Notes: generated from the letters alone by a model not told the origin. 64,000 nt of DNA from an uncultured Acidibacter sp. (GCA_964533305.1 CAZHLL010000001.1:6401-70400), one strand, 5' to 3'. Shown: positions 26,659 through 37,530, counted from the first letter of the stretch. Translations and numbers: made by a program.

Positions 26659-26769
26659 GACGACAGTTCCGTTGCGATGTTTCCTCGGACGCGAACTTTC
26701 TCAAGCGACGGGCCCATAATGCAAGCCCCGTACCCAGGAGACGCCGGGAGCCGGCCATTGGCAATCGTG

Positions 26770-27525
26770 ATGAGTACTGAGTTGCATACCGAACACAACC
26801 CGGTCGGCGAGAGCGGCCCTGCGGCGGGCACGCGCCGGATTCGCAGCTTCGTCAGACGCGCGGGCCGGATCACGTTGGCCCAGGAACGTGCGCTGCAGCA
26901 CGACTGGCCCCGTTATGGTATCGATTTGCCGAGCACAATGCAGTGCGAATCAGCGCTGGATTTGCATGAAATCTTTGGTCGTGATGCGCCCAAGGTGCTG
27001 GAAATCGGCTTCGGCAACGGCGATACGCTGCTCAATGTGGCAAGCCAACAACCTGAGCGGGATTTTCTCGGTATCGAGGTGCATCGGGCAGGGGTCGGGC
27101 GACTGTTGCACGAAGCAGCGCGCTTGGACCTCGGCAATCTCAAATTGATCTGTCACGACGCCGTGGACGTGTTGGCTCATCACCTGAATGGGCCCTGTCT
27201 CGATGAAGTATGGATTCTCTTCCCTGACCCTTGGCACAAGGCACGCCATCACAAGCGCAGATTGATCCAGGATTCTTTCATCGAACTGCTCGCCTCGCGC
27301 ATGCGCGAAGGCGCCCTGCTGCACCTCGCCACCGACTGGCAGCCCTACGCAGAGCACATGCTCGAGGTGATGAGCGCAAGCGCCAGATTTCGCAATCTCG
27401 CTGCGGCGGGATCAAGCGGTTATGTAACCCGTCCCGACTGGCGACCGCTTACGCGGTTTGAACGCCGGGGGCAGCGTCTTGGGCATGGAGTTTGGGATTT
27501 AGGCTTTGCAAGAACCGCGGATTGA
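26770..27525 (+). CDS. trmB: tRNA (guanine46-N7)-methyltransferase
   Basis: RIRSFVRRAGRITLAQERAL, VLEIGFGNGDTL, DFLGIEVHRAGV, FPDPWHKARHHKRRL, GALLHLATDW. The start is set at M49 of the track ORF (ATG 26770). ATG 26719 is also possible. Confidence 0.9.
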   Translation: MSTELHTEHNPVGESGPAAGTRRIRSFVRRAGRITLAQERALQHDWPRYGIDLPSTMQCESALDLHEIFGRDAPKVLEIGFGNGDTLLNVASQQPERDFLGIEVHRAGVGRLLHEAARLDLGNLKLICHDAVDVLAHHLNGPCLDEVWILFPDPWHKARHHKRRLIQDSFIELLASRMREGALLHLATDWQPYAEHMLEVMSASARFRNLAAAGSSGYVTRPDWRPLTRFERRGQRLGHGVWDLGFARTAD

Positions 27526-27561
27526 GTGCGGGATCAGTCAGCAGAGTCAGCGGCAGCTCAA

Positions 27562-28194
27562 TCAACCGAGGGCAAAACTCGCGCGAATACCGTCCACCAC
27601 GAACTGAACCGCCAAGGCACCCAAGATCACGCCCAGCAATCGATTGGCGACATTGGTACCGGTGGCCCCCAGCAATCGCATCAGCGGCCCGGCTGCCAGC
27701 ATCATGACCAAAGAAATGATCAAGACCAGTAGCGCCGCAGCAAGCAAAGCCGCAAACAGCCACGGCTCTTCCATCACCTTGACAGGTCCGAACCACAGCA
27801 GGATGGTGGTGAGCGCACCCGGACCCGACATGAACGGAAAGGCGAGCGGAAACACGGAGATATCTGCCCGACGACGGCTTTCGACTTGCTCGTCAGTGGA
27901 GGTACGAGTTCCCGATTCGCGTGCAAACACCATCTCCAACGCCACCAAAAACAGCAGTAAACCGCCAAAGATACGGAAGCTGTCGATGCTGATCCCCATC
28001 GCCGAGAGAAACGCCGCACCACTCAGGGCGAAACCAATGGTGATCAGCGTAGCGACGATCACGGACTTGATCGCCATACGCCGGCGATACTGTGCGGTAG
28101 CCCCCTCGGTCAGACTGGCAAATACCGGCACCAGTGAAATCGGCTCGACCACCAGAAAGAAAACCACAAAGAATTTAAGGAAGGATTCGAGCAT
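27562..28194 (-). CDS. MarC-family (UPF0056) integral membrane protein
   Basis: 210 aa: FFLVVEPISLVPVFASLT ... FRIFGGLLLFLVALEMV ... VFPLAFPFMSGPGALTT. Confidence 0.8.
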   Translation of the reverse strand: MLESFLKFFVVFFLVVEPISLVPVFASLTEGATAQYRRRMAIKSVIVATLITIGFALSGAAFLSAMGISIDSFRIFGGLLLFLVALEMVFARESGTRTSTDEQVESRRRADISVFPLAFPFMSGPGALTTILLWFGPVKVMEEPWLFAALLAAALLVLIISLVMMLAAGPLMRLLGATGTNVANRLLGVILGALAVQFVVDGIRASFALG

Positions 28195-28203
28195 GAGGCA
28201 CCA

Positions 28204-28560
28204 TCAACCCGCGTTGGCGGGGCGCGCGATTTTGATGGTTTCGCCGCAAACTTGCACGGGAATTTCGCGCAACTGACGGCCAGGACAAGGCCCTGCCACA
28301 CATCGACCGTCAACAAGGTCAAACAACGCGCCATGCGAGCGGCATTGAATGAAGCGACGATCGGCGCTCAAGAAATCGTGCTCGCGCAGCTCCAGACGGT
28401 GTCCCGCATGAGGACAACGATTGACCCAAGCACGAATTTCATCGTGGGGCCCCTTCACCACGAAACCGCGCAAGGGCCAGTCACCCTCACCCGTTGTAAA
28501 ACCGAAACAACCGGTCTGCACCAGGTCTTCGCGCCGACAAACGGGGATGAACTCCTGCAC
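28204..28560 (-). CDS. Small Rieske [2Fe-2S] domain protein
   Basis: CPHAGHRLE ... CRSHGALFD form the two Rieske boxes. The track ORF (to 28662) overlaps ampG by 86 nt. GTG at 28560 is preceded by GAGG with an 8-nt spacer. Confidence 0.75.
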   Translation of the reverse strand: MQEFIPVCRREDLVQTGCFGFTTGEGDWPLRGFVVKGPHDEIRAWVNRCPHAGHRLELREHDFLSADRRFIQCRSHGALFDLVDGRCVAGPCPGRQLREIPVQVCGETIKIARPANAG

Positions 28561-28576
28561 CAGCCAAACCTCGTGC

Positions 28577-29836
28577 TCAGGAAGGGGTGCCGGGTGCCGT
28601 AGCGAGCTTGCCTTGGGCTTCGATAGCCTCGATCCGCGCCCGTTGCCACCACACCATGGCAAGCCCCGGTAACGCCGTGAAAAAGGTCAAGACATAGAAA
28701 GCCGCCCAACCGATCTCGTCCGAGAGAAACCCCGCCGGCGCGCCAAGAAGATTACGAGGCAACACGGCAATCGCCGAAAGCAACGCGTATTGAAAGGCGC
28801 TGAAACGGATATCACATAAACCCATGATAAACACCACCAAAGCGGTGTTACCCATCGCTCCCACAAAATTATCCAGAAAGACCGCCACCGCCATCACCGT
28901 CAAGTCGTGACCGACCATGGCCACCACGAAATAACCGAGGTTGGCCAGTGCTTGCAGGAAACCAAACAATAACAACGCCCGCAGCAAACCGAGCTTCACG
29001 AGCCAGAGACCCCCTGCGATGGCACCGGTGACACTGGCGAGCAACATCAAAGTTTTGGTGACTGCCCCGATCTCGGTTTTGGTAAAGCCAACATCCATCA
29101 AAAAGGGCGTGAACAACTTGAGCGCAAAGGCATCGCCTACTTTGTATAAAACGAGTGCCAACAGCAGCCATAACATTCCCTGCCCTGCCAACAATTGCCG
29201 CAAGGGATCTTTGACCGCGGCCGCGAGCGAAGTGGGTGGCGGTGCGATGAGGCGCGGCTCCTGTGCCTGCCAAGTGACGATCGTCATCGCCAGCATCACT
29301 CCCGCCATGCAAAGATAAGTGACGCGCCAACCCCAGATATCCGCCAGTATCAACGCCCCCGAAAAGGCAAACCAGCTCGCTGCTCGGTAACCGAGATTGG
29401 CGGCGGTGGCCGCCGGGCCCCGCTCCTGCACCGTGACCAAGTCGGTTCGCCAAGCATCGATCACGATGTCCTGCGAAGCCGAGAGCACGGCCACCACGAT
29501 CGCCAGAACGGCAAACGGCATGAGACCGCGCTCCGGCCCGTGCCAAGCCATCAGTGCAAGTGCACCGCAGAGCAATATTTGGCTGAGCAGGATCCAACCG
29601 CGCCGCCGCCCGAGGAATGGCAAAGTGTAGCGATCGAGCAAGGGCGCCCACAACACCTTCGCGGTATAAGCAAGACCGATCAGGGACAAGACACCGATGG
29701 TGGTGTTCGACAATCCCGTATCTTTGAACCAAGCCTGCAATGTGGCGTCGGTCAGGTTATACGGCAAGCCCGAGGCAATGCCCATGAAAAGCACCGCAGC
29801 AAGCCTTGGGTTGGCGAGCACTTCGCGCAGCGTCAT
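28577..29836 (-). CDS. ampG: AmpG-family muropeptide MFS permease
   Basis: 419 aa: FMGIASGLPYNLTDATLQAWFKDTGLSNTTIGVLSLIGLAYTAKVLWAPLLDRY, the AmpG signature N-terminus. Confidence 0.88.
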   Translation of the reverse strand: MTLREVLANPRLAAVLFMGIASGLPYNLTDATLQAWFKDTGLSNTTIGVLSLIGLAYTAKVLWAPLLDRYTLPFLGRRRGWILLSQILLCGALALMAWHGPERGLMPFAVLAIVVAVLSASQDIVIDAWRTDLVTVQERGPAATAANLGYRAASWFAFSGALILADIWGWRVTYLCMAGVMLAMTIVTWQAQEPRLIAPPPTSLAAAVKDPLRQLLAGQGMLWLLLALVLYKVGDAFALKLFTPFLMDVGFTKTEIGAVTKTLMLLASVTGAIAGGLWLVKLGLLRALLLFGFLQALANLGYFVVAMVGHDLTVMAVAVFLDNFVGAMGNTALVVFIMGLCDIRFSAFQYALLSAIAVLPRNLLGAPAGFLSDEIGWAAFYVLTFFTALPGLAMVWWQRARIEAIEAQGKLATAPGTPS

Positions 29837-29857
29837 TTATCTGGGGTCGTCCATCGT

Positions 29858-30625
29858 TTAAACCTGATAATCCATGATCAGCGGCGCGTGATCGGAAAAA
29901 CGACTGCTTTTATGGATCTGTGCGCTGCGAGCGACTCCTGCGAGACCCTTGCTGACCACCTGATAATCAATCCGCCACCCAACATTCTTTGACCAGGCCT
30001 GCCCGCGATTGGACCACCAGGTATATTGATCCGGCTCGTCATTGACCTCGCGAAACGCGTCGACAAAGCCTGCTGCGCCAAAAAGCTCATCCATCCAGGC
30101 GCGCTCTTCAGGCAAAAAACCGGAATTTTTTTGATTGGACTTCCAATTGCGCAGATCGATTTCCTTGTGTGCGATGTTCCAGTCACCACAAAGAATGTAT
30201 TCCTGACGACGACGGCGCAGCTTGCGCAGGTGCGGCATGAAGGCACCCAAAAAGCGAAACTTGGAGGCCTGCCGCTCCGGACCCGAAGAGCCCGAAGGCA
30301 GGTACAGCGACACCACAGCCACATCATCAAAGCGAGCCTCGAGATATCGGCCCTCGCGATCGAATTCATCCACGCCGAAGCCGCGGATCACCTCGCTCGG
30401 CGCCTTGCGACAGTAGAGCGCGGTGCCGGAATAGCCGGGTCGCTCGGCATCGAAAAAAAAGCGCTGATAGCCGGGCATGTCGATGTCATGCCCTGGCAGC
30501 TGACTCTCCTGAGCTTTTGTCTCCTGCAAACAGACCACATCGGCATCTTGCGCGCGCAACCACGCGAAAGCGCCCTTCGAGGCAGCCGAGCGAATACCGT
30601 TCAGGTTCAAGGTGATGACCCGCAC
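29858..30625 (-). CDS. xthA: Exodeoxyribonuclease III (copy 1)
   Basis: 255 aa with a GTG start: [13 protein letters not shown] ... DVVCLQETK ... [10 protein letters not shown] ... RIDYQVVS ... [10 protein letters not shown]. Confidence 0.9.
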   Translation of the reverse strand: MRVITLNLNGIRSAASKGAFAWLRAQDADVVCLQETKAQESQLPGHDIDMPGYQRFFFDAERPGYSGTALYCRKAPSEVIRGFGVDEFDREGRYLEARFDDVAVVSLYLPSGSSGPERQASKFRFLGAFMPHLRKLRRRRQEYILCGDWNIAHKEIDLRNWKSNQKNSGFLPEERAWMDELFGAAGFVDAFREVNDEPDQYTWWSNRGQAWSKNVGWRIDYQVVSKGLAGVARSAQIHKSSRFSDHAPLIMDYQV

Positions 30626-30642
30626 CGCGATATGATAGCGGC
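30626..30642. promoter_or_regulatory. 17-bp spacer between divergent xth and pyrE start codons, containing TATGAT
   Basis: CGCGATATGATAGCGGC. The -10-like TATGAT lies at 30631-30636, and CGC/GCG arms flank it. Confidence 0.25.
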
Positions 30643-31284
30643 ATGCACCCTTATCAACGCAGCTTCCTCGATCTCGCCCTCGCCTGCGCCGCGCTGCGAT
30701 TTGGCCACTTCACCCTCAAATCCGGCCGCGAAAGCCCGTATTTTTTCAACGCAGGCGCGTTCAACGACGGCGCTTCACTCGCGGGGCTCGGTCGCTGTTA
30801 TGCCGCCGCCCTGCAACAGGCCAATGTGGGCTATGACATGTTGTTCGGCCCAGCCTACAAGGGAATCCCGCTGGTCGCGGCAACAGCCGCCGCATTGGCC
30901 GAGCATGAAGGTCGTAATGTGCCCTGGTGCTTCAATCGCAAGGAAGCGAAGACGCATGGCGAGGGCGGACTCATCGTGGGTAGCCCGCTCGCCGGCAACG
31001 TGGTCATCGTCGATGACGTCATCACGGCGGGAACCGCTATTCGCGAATCCATCGAAATCATCCGCGCGGCCGGCGCTCAGCCCGTTGCGGTGCTGCTCGC
31101 GGTGGATCGACAAGAGCGTGGCCAAGGTTCGCGCTCTGCCGTACAAGAAGTGGAGGCCGAGTTCGGCCTGCGCTGCATCAGTCTGCTCACCTTGTCCGCA
31201 CTCATCGAGCTGATGGCGGACGTGGACCCCTCGCAAATCTCGGCCTTGCGCGCCTATCGCGAGCGTTACGGCGTCAGCGAGTGA
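30643..31284 (+). CDS. pyrE: Orotate phosphoribosyltransferase
   Basis: 213 aa: [19 protein letters not shown] ... [11 protein letters not shown] ... [17 protein letters not shown] (PRPP-binding motif). Confidence 0.93.
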   Translation: MHPYQRSFLDLALACAALRFGHFTLKSGRESPYFFNAGAFNDGASLAGLGRCYAAALQQANVGYDMLFGPAYKGIPLVAATAAALAEHEGRNVPWCFNRKEAKTHGEGGLIVGSPLAGNVVIVDDVITAGTAIRESIEIIRAAGAQPVAVLLAVDRQERGQGSRSAVQEVEAEFGLRCISLLTLSALIELMADVDPSQISALRAYRERYGVSE

Positions 31285-32519
31285 GCGACTCCCGTCCTCT
31301 TTCGCCTGCCGCGGTCACCGCGGAGCCGGCAGGACCCGGCTTTGGCTTGTTGTTGCTGATCGCAGCCGCCAGTGCGCTTGGCCCCATCTCGACCTTGATG
31401 ATGATCCCGGCTCTGCCGGAGATTCGCGACGAATTCGGCGCCACCAACGCCGCCTCGCAGGCCATCATCAGCGTCTTTCTGATCACGTTTGCCGCAGGCA
31501 TCCCGCTTGCTGGGCCCCTCTCGGATCGCTTCGGTCGTCGCCCGTTGGTGCTAGGCGGGCTCGGTATCTTCATCGTAGGCAGCATTCTTGCGACCTTCGC
31601 CCCAACGCTTGAAATCCTGGTGTTCGCACGCGCCATCCAAGCCATTGGCTGTGCCGCCAACACCACGGTGGCGCGAGCCATGTTGGGCGATATCTACACC
31701 GACTGGCGACTCGCGCGGGCGCTGGCCAACCTCACCCTGGTGATGATGGTAGGCACCTCGGTCTCTCCCTATCTCGGCGGCACACTGACCGAAAGCTTCA
31801 GTTGGCACGCCCCCTTCGTGTTGATGTGGGTGTTGTCGGTGATCATTCTCTTGGCCTCGCTACGAGGTCTGCCGGAAACGCGCCTCTTTCATGCGGCGGC
31901 CGCCAGCATGGCAGACGTCGGTCGAGCGTCGATCAAAGTGATGCGCAATCCCGGCTTCCTCGGCTGCGTGATCGACGCCGGCGTGATTTATGCGCTGTAT
32001 CTCGGCTTCATCTCGATCGCCCCCTACATCCTGAGCGACACGCTCGGCATGCCCGCGACGGATTTTGGCTTGTATATCCTGTTGCTCTCGACCGGTTATT
32101 TCTTTGGCAACCTCTATGTGTCGAGGCTTCGAGGTCATACCGCACTCGAGCGTGTGGCCCGCTTCGGCACCTGGTTGCAAGCGGCCTCGGCTTGCGTAGC
32201 CTTTGCATTCGTGATCCTTGGTTACACGCATCCGCTGTTCTGGTTCGGCCCCATGCTGCCGCTGGCCTTTGCCCAGGGTCTGACCCTGCCGCATGTCACT
32301 GCACTCGCGGTGCGTATGGCTCCCGGCTTCGCCGGCGTCGCCTCAGGGATGATCGGCTTCTCGCAACAAGCGATTGCCGCCCTGGCGGTGCAGGCGATGG
32401 GATTCGTGCCCACCGACACACCCGTGCCCGTGATGGCATTTTGTGCGATCTTGTCATTGATTTCACTGGCAGCCATGCTGCTGTTGACCCGCTTCATCCA
32501 GCCCAAGGAGACCGCGTGA
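31281..32519 (+). CDS. Bcr/CflA-type MFS efflux transporter
   Basis: 412 aa with a GTG start overlapping the pyrE stop. [16 protein letters not shown] (MFS motif A) and 12 predicted helices. Confidence 0.8.
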   Translation: MSDSRPLSPAAVTAEPAGPGFGLLLLIAAASALGPISTLMMIPALPEIRDEFGATNAASQAIISVFLITFAAGIPLAGPLSDRFGRRPLVLGGLGIFIVGSILATFAPTLEILVFARAIQAIGCAANTTVARAMLGDIYTDWRLARALANLTLVMMVGTSVSPYLGGTLTESFSWHAPFVLMWVLSVIILLASLRGLPETRLFHAAAASMADVGRASIKVMRNPGFLGCVIDAGVIYALYLGFISIAPYILSDTLGMPATDFGLYILLLSTGYFFGNLYVSRLRGHTALERVARFGTWLQAASACVAFAFVILGYTHPLFWFGPMLPLAFAQGLTLPHVTALAVRMAPGFAGVASGMIGFSQQAIAALAVQAMGFVPTDTPVPVMAFCAILSLISLAAMLLLTRFIQPKETA

Positions 32520-32523
32520 CATC

Positions 32524-34692
32524 ATGGTCAAATCAGCCGCCGCCCGCCGTCAACGCAGGTCACCTGCGTTATTCTTTGGCATCCTGAGCATTTTTGCGGG
32601 GTATTTCCTCATGATCGGAACCGCATCCACCGCAGCACCCACGCCACCCATTGCCGAACAACGCCCGTATACCGTACCGGCGAAATTCGGTGAGCGGCAA
32701 GACCCATGGTACTGGCTGCGCGACGACTCGCGCGAAAACGCGCAAATGATCGCGTATCTGGAAGCCGAGAACGCCTATCTGCAAGCCATCATGGCACCGC
32801 AAAATGGCCTGCAGGAAGAACTTTACAAAGAAATCATCGGTCGCTTGAAACAGGACGATGCCAGCGTTCCGTATCGCAAAAACGGCTATTGGTACTACCA
32901 GCGCTACGAAACCGGAAAACAATACCCGATCCATGCGCGCCGCAAAGGTTCACTGGATGCCGCCGAAGAGATCCTGATCGACGGTAATGAACGCGCCACC
33001 AGCCATGAGTTTTATCAATTGGCCAACATCGAAATCAGCCCTGATGGTCGCTGGGCCGCCGTTGCGGAAGACACCGTGGGCCGGCGCCAATATGAGGTGC
33101 GCATCAAGGATCTGGAGACCGGCAGCTTTCTGCCCACCGTGCTCGAAAATGTCGAGCCCGATCTTGCCTGGGCTAACGATAACCAAAGTCTGCTCTATAT
33201 CCGTAAGGATCCGCAGACCTTGCTCGGCAATCGCGTTTACCGCCATCAACGTGGAGGCGACAAGAGCCAAGACACACTGGTCTACGAACAGACCGACGAC
33301 AGTTTTTACATGGGGGTCGACAAGTCAAAGACCGACCGCTTCATTTATATCGTGTCGCAAAGCACGGTGTCCTCCGAGTATTGGTATGCGGATGCCAATG
33401 ACCCAGAGCTCAAATTTCAGGTCGTATTACCAAGAGAGCGCGATCACGAGTATCAACTGGAAGATCTCGGCGATCGATTCATCATCCGTACCAACTGGCA
33501 GGCAAAGAATTTCCGCCTGGTAGAAGCACCCATTGCCACCGCGGGTGATCGCAGCACCTGGCGCGATATCATCGCCCACCGCAACGATGCCTTCATCGAC
33601 AGCTTTGATGCCTTCAAGGACTTCATTGCGCTCTCCGAGCGCTCAGACGGACTGCAGCGCATCCGGATAAAGCCCTGGCAGGGCAAAGATTTCCTGCTCG
33701 ATGCGCAAGATGAAGCCTACACCATGGCTCTCGGTGCCAATAGCGAGCAAGACACGCCACTATTGCGATATATCTATACGTCGCCGACCACCCCCGCCAC
33801 CACCTTTGATTACGATATCCGTTCAGGTGGTCGCGTCGAACTGAAGCGCGAACCCGTGCTTGGTGATTTTGACAGCAGCGACTACCGCGCCGAGTTTCGC
33901 TTCGTCACAGCGCGCGATGGTGCTCGAGTGCCGCTGACACTGCTTTATCGCAAGACAACGCCACTCGACGGGACCGCTCCGGTCTATCAGTACGCTTATG
34001 GTGCCTATGGTGTCTCGACCAACCCGACCTTCCGCTCACCCATCCTGTCGCTGGTCGATCGCGGCTTCATTTATGCCATTGCTCACGTGCGCGGCGGACA
34101 AGAGATGGGCCGCGAGTGGTACGAGCAGGGCAAGCTGCAGAACAAAATCAACACATTCAATGATTTCATTGACGTAACCCGCTATCTGGTGAAGGAAACG
34201 ATCGCCGACCCCAAACGGGTATTCGGCATGGGCGGGAGTGCAGGCGGCCTCTTGATCGGCGCCGTAGCCAATATGGCACCCAGCGAATATCGCGGGCTCA
34301 TTGCGCATGTACCCTTTGTCGATGTAGTCACTACCATGCTGGATGAAAGTATCCCGCTCACCACCAATGAATTTGACGAATGGGGCAACCCAGGAAAGAG
34401 CACAGAGGCCTACCGATACATGCTGTCCTACTCGCCTTATGACAATGTTTCGCGGCAGGCGTATCCGGCGATGCTGGTGACGAGCGGACTCTGGGATAGT
34501 CAAGTGCAATACTTTGAGCCCACCAAGTGGGTTGCGCGCTTGCGCCATCTCAAGACAAATGACAACCCGTTGCTGCTGCGTACCAACATGGAGGCTGGAC
34601 ACGGTGGCAAATCCGGGCGATTCGAGCGCTATCGGGAAGTCGCCGAGGAGTATGCCTTCGTACTGTGGCAGGCAGGGCTCGGAGCAAAATAG
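32524..34692 (+). CDS. ptrB: Oligopeptidase B (protease II), S9A family
   Basis: 722 aa, collinear with E. coli PtrB: DPWYWLRDDSRENAQMIAYLEAEN, GGSAGGLLIG, VPFVDVVTTMLDESIPLTTNEFDEWGNP, GHGGKSGRF. Confidence 0.92.
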   Translation: MVKSAAARRQRRSPALFFGILSIFAGYFLMIGTASTAAPTPPIAEQRPYTVPAKFGERQDPWYWLRDDSRENAQMIAYLEAENAYLQAIMAPQNGLQEELYKEIIGRLKQDDASVPYRKNGYWYYQRYETGKQYPIHARRKGSLDAAEEILIDGNERATSHEFYQLANIEISPDGRWAAVAEDTVGRRQYEVRIKDLETGSFLPTVLENVEPDLAWANDNQSLLYIRKDPQTLLGNRVYRHQRGGDKSQDTLVYEQTDDSFYMGVDKSKTDRFIYIVSQSTVSSEYWYADANDPELKFQVVLPRERDHEYQLEDLGDRFIIRTNWQAKNFRLVEAPIATAGDRSTWRDIIAHRNDAFIDSFDAFKDFIALSERSDGLQRIRIKPWQGKDFLLDAQDEAYTMALGANSEQDTPLLRYIYTSPTTPATTFDYDIRSGGRVELKREPVLGDFDSSDYRAEFRFVTARDGARVPLTLLYRKTTPLDGTAPVYQYAYGAYGVSTNPTFRSPILSLVDRGFIYAIAHVRGGQEMGREWYEQGKLQNKINTFNDFIDVTRYLVKETIADPKRVFGMGGSAGGLLIGAVANMAPSEYRGLIAHVPFVDVVTTMLDESIPLTTNEFDEWGNPGKSTEAYRYMLSYSPYDNVSRQAYPAMLVTSGLWDSQVQYFEPTKWVARLRHLKTNDNPLLLRTNMEAGHGGKSGRFERYREVAEEYAFVLWQAGLGAK

Positions 34693-35348
34693 TGCCTGTG
34701 CTCGCGCTTGGACGGTTTCATGAACTCAGCATCTCCACCCGATCGCTGGCGGAATCGCTCGAGTTCTATCTTGCTCTCGGTTTCGAGCAGGGCGAGATCG
34801 AGACCGTCTGGCCTCACCCCTATGCAGTCGTTCGCCATGGCCCGCTGCTCATCGGCCTGCACGAATACCGCTTTCCCTCTCCATCGGTGACCTGCGTCCG
34901 CGAGGACCTCGGTGAGGCATTGAACGACTTTCGCGATAGCGGTGCCGTGATCGCCTTTGCCAAAACAGGACCAGATTGCTTCAATGAATTCGGCCTGCGC
35001 GATCCGGCGGGCCACATGATCACCCTGCTTGAGCGAGACACTCATAAGCTGACACGGGCTGCGGAATCGCAAGCGCCGGGGTCGCCCGGTACACCGGTCG
35101 CGTTCAGTTTGCCGTCAGCGGCTTGCGAGATCAGCAGCGGCTTCTGGCAGGCCATTGGTGCACGCGCCCTTCCCCAAACCACCGAGGGTTTTCCGGCGCT
35201 GCTGCACGATGCGGCCGGGTTACCGCTCGCCATACATGATGAAAACTGGTTTCCGACCGCGGCGCTGGTGTTTCGCCGGCCTGATCTGACAGAGCGCTGG
35301 GTGCTGCAATCCCCGGAAGGGACCGCCTTGATCGTGCTGGCCGGCTAA
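34692..35348 (+). CDS. VOC (glyoxalase/bleomycin-resistance fold) family protein
   Basis: FHELSISTRSLAESLEFYLALGFEQ ... FGLRDPAGHMITLLE. GTG at 34692 overlaps the ptrB stop. The track start at 34665 lies inside ptrB. Confidence 0.65.
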   Translation: MPVLALGRFHELSISTRSLAESLEFYLALGFEQGEIETVWPHPYAVVRHGPLLIGLHEYRFPSPSVTCVREDLGEALNDFRDSGAVIAFAKTGPDCFNEFGLRDPAGHMITLLERDTHKLTRAAESQAPGSPGTPVAFSLPSAACEISSGFWQAIGARALPQTTEGFPALLHDAAGLPLAIHDENWFPTAALVFRRPDLTERWVLQSPEGTALIVLAG

Positions 35349-35349
35349 G

Positions 35350-36228
35350 TCAGCCCGCCAATCTTTGCTGCAAGGCGCTCACCAAGCGTTTTAGCGCGGG
35401 CGGATGCTGCGCCAAAAACAATGAAGGCTCGATCAGTTCGAGCTCCATGACTCGCCATTCACCTTCGGCGTCTCGCGCCACGTCCACTCTGGCATAGAGC
35501 AGAGTCGCCCCAGCGTCATCTGCCGGTATCGCCGCCTTCAAGGCGGCCTCGCCCAAGCTGCGCTCGGCTAGCGAGATCGAGAGAGCAGCTGAGACGTGTT
35601 CGGTATCCGTCGCAAAGCGGGGTGACTTACGCACCGCGTGCGTGAACTCGCCGTCAATCCAGACCAAAGCCCGCTCCCCCTCGTCATCCACCGAAGATAG
35701 ATAAGGCTGGATCAACATATCGCGTGCAGCCACACTCTGACGCCACTGGGCCTCGGCGGCCGGATTGCCGGGTGACAGTCGATGAGTATCAAAGGAACCG
35801 GCGCCCACTGCGGGCTTGATCACCACATCGCGCCAGCCAGATACTTCCACCTTGTCGATCAAAGATTCCGTTGAACCCTGAGCGGCGAGCAGGGTGGGTA
35901 TGACCGACACACCCCTCTCGGCCAAGCTTAATAAATAGCGCTTGTGCAGGTTGTCACGGATCACGCTCCAGGGATTCCACAGTGGCGCCTGGTCACTCAC
36001 CGTCTGCAGCCAGCGCTCGAAATCTTTGAGCCTGTGAATGTAATCCCACGTGGAGCGGATCAGCACTGGCACATGATGCTGCGGATGATCCATTCGCCAC
36101 AGCGTCGGGTCGTGCCAGGCTACCATCTGCGCTTCGATACCCGCTTCGTGACAGGCTTGTAGCAGCAAAGCTTCGTCCGGATCTGGTTCCGGCAGCGGTC
36201 GGCAAGTGGCAATTCGCAGTGATGACAT
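35350..36228 (-). CDS. ATP-grasp domain protein (RimK/glutathione-synthetase-like ligase fold)
   Basis: 292 aa: VVIKPAVGAGSFDTHRL ... MLIQPYLSSVDDEGERALVWIDGEFTHAVRK ... YARVDVARDAEGEWRVMELELIEPSLF. Confidence 0.7.
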   Translation of the reverse strand: MSSLRIATCRPLPEPDPDEALLLQACHEAGIEAQMVAWHDPTLWRMDHPQHHVPVLIRSTWDYIHRLKDFERWLQTVSDQAPLWNPWSVIRDNLHKRYLLSLAERGVSVIPTLLAAQGSTESLIDKVEVSGWRDVVIKPAVGAGSFDTHRLSPGNPAAEAQWRQSVAARDMLIQPYLSSVDDEGERALVWIDGEFTHAVRKSPRFATDTEHVSAALSISLAERSLGEAALKAAIPADDAGATLLYARVDVARDAEGEWRVMELELIEPSLFLAQHPPALKRLVSALQQRLAG

Positions 36229-36231
36229 CGT

Positions 36232-37530
36232 TTACGTCGTAGTCGAACGGGAACGTAGCAAATAAAGTCCAAAACACATAACGAGAATATTGACGGTGCC
36301 GATCAAGAAAAACGGCGAACCCTTACCAGCCATATCGTAGAGCCAACCCCCAATCGAAGTGGTGAAGAGAATGCCGAGCGAAGCACAAATACCCGCCATG
36401 CCAAATACGGCACCTCGCACATCCTGCGGAGCTTCCTGCCCGAGCACAGTTTGACTGGCGATGATGGCGCATATCTGACCCATGCCGAGCAGGATGGCGA
36501 CTGGGATAATCCAATCGCTCGCAGGATCCCCAACAAATCCTCCGGCCATATAGCCGATGCCGGCGACCGCCATGGCCACTACGCCCGCTGTAATGCGGTT
36601 CATCTTGTCCAGCATCAGGCCAAAGAAAATGGCGAATACCAGAGCGGCGATATTGGCGGTCACGTACGGGCGGGTCGCCGCTGCCACCGCCGCGCCTACC
36701 GTCTCGCCATTGGCAATCGCTGTCTGCTGTAAACGAGCGCTGAAAAACGTGCCAATCACGATACGATCGGCAAACGAAACAAACTGCAGCATATAAGCAA
36801 ACCAGATCCGCGGATTGCTGCGCGCCGCGGCCACTCCGGTGCTGAGCAACACCCAAATGGGCTCTCGCTCACCGAGTCGACTTGGCGTACCTCGTTTCAA
36901 GCCCAGCCAGCACGCCAGCGCGGTCAACGCACAGAGTCCTGCGGCGAGGCCGAGCGTGATCCGCCCGGCCAGCACGGCGTCCATGCCATCTTCGGCCAAG
37001 CGCTGTGGCACACGACCCAGTACCAGTACGGCAAGCGTCGCTCCGAGCCCCTGGCAAAACCCCGTAATGCCGACGAACAGCCCGCGTGACTGCTCCTTGG
37101 GTGTATCGGCAAGGACCGTCGCCAACATGCAACCCACTGCCGCCACGCCCACCGAGAAAAACACGGCGCAGGCCAGCAACTGCGGCAGGGTCTGGGCCAA
37201 AGGATAGAGAAAAAACCCGGCCGCGAGCCAAAGAAATCCAAGCGCATACACGGGTCGACGGCCGATCTTGTCCGAGAGCGCCCCGAACGGTGCAACCAAC
37301 AGCAATGACACCAACTCACCACTGAAGCCAAGCAGACCCAAGACCCGACCCTGCTCATCCTGTGGCACTTTCAGATTGGCATTCAGTAGATAAGGCTGAA
37401 TAAAGCTGACAAATGCCAACATGCCGATGGTGATGAACGCGGCAAACAGGTAGGTCCGAGCGTTCCAGGGGCTGTACCCCGGTGCGAGCTGCACCGGCCC
37501 AAATCGGCTGCTGACCAATGGCTCCGTCAT
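36232..37530 (-). CDS. MFS transporter (paralogue of 45078-46358)
   Basis: 432 aa: FGALSDKIGRRPVY (motif A), MLATVLAD, LGMGQICAIIASQTVLGQEAPQDVRGAVFGMAGICASLGILF. Confidence 0.8.
   Translation of the reverse strand: MTEPLVSSRFGPVQLAPGYSPWNARTYLFAAFITIGMLAFVSFIQPYLLNANLKVPQDEQGRVLGLLGFSGELVSLLLVAPFGALSDKIGRRPVYALGFLWLAAGFFLYPLAQTLPQLLACAVFFSVGVAAVGCMLATVLADTPKEQSRGLFVGITGFCQGLGATLAVLVLGRVPQRLAEDGMDAVLAGRITLGLAAGLCALTALACWLGLKRGTPSRLGEREPIWVLLSTGVAAARSNPRIWFAYMLQFVSFADRIVIGTFFSARLQQTAIANGETVGAAVAAATRPYVTANIAALVFAIFFGLMLDKMNRITAGVVAMAVAGIGYMAGGFVGDPASDWIIPVAILLGMGQICAIIASQTVLGQEAPQDVRGAVFGMAGICASLGILFTTSIGGWLYDMAGKGSPFFLIGTVNILVMCFGLYLLRSRSTTT

Noticed and set aside
30026-31213. A 395-aa + strand ORF spanning the xth/pyrE region.
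   Set aside because: Its first 600 nt are antisense to exonuclease III and the rest is out of frame within pyrE. The translation is Arg/Ala/Ser-rich and low-complexity with no motifs. This is a typical GC-rich shadow ORF.
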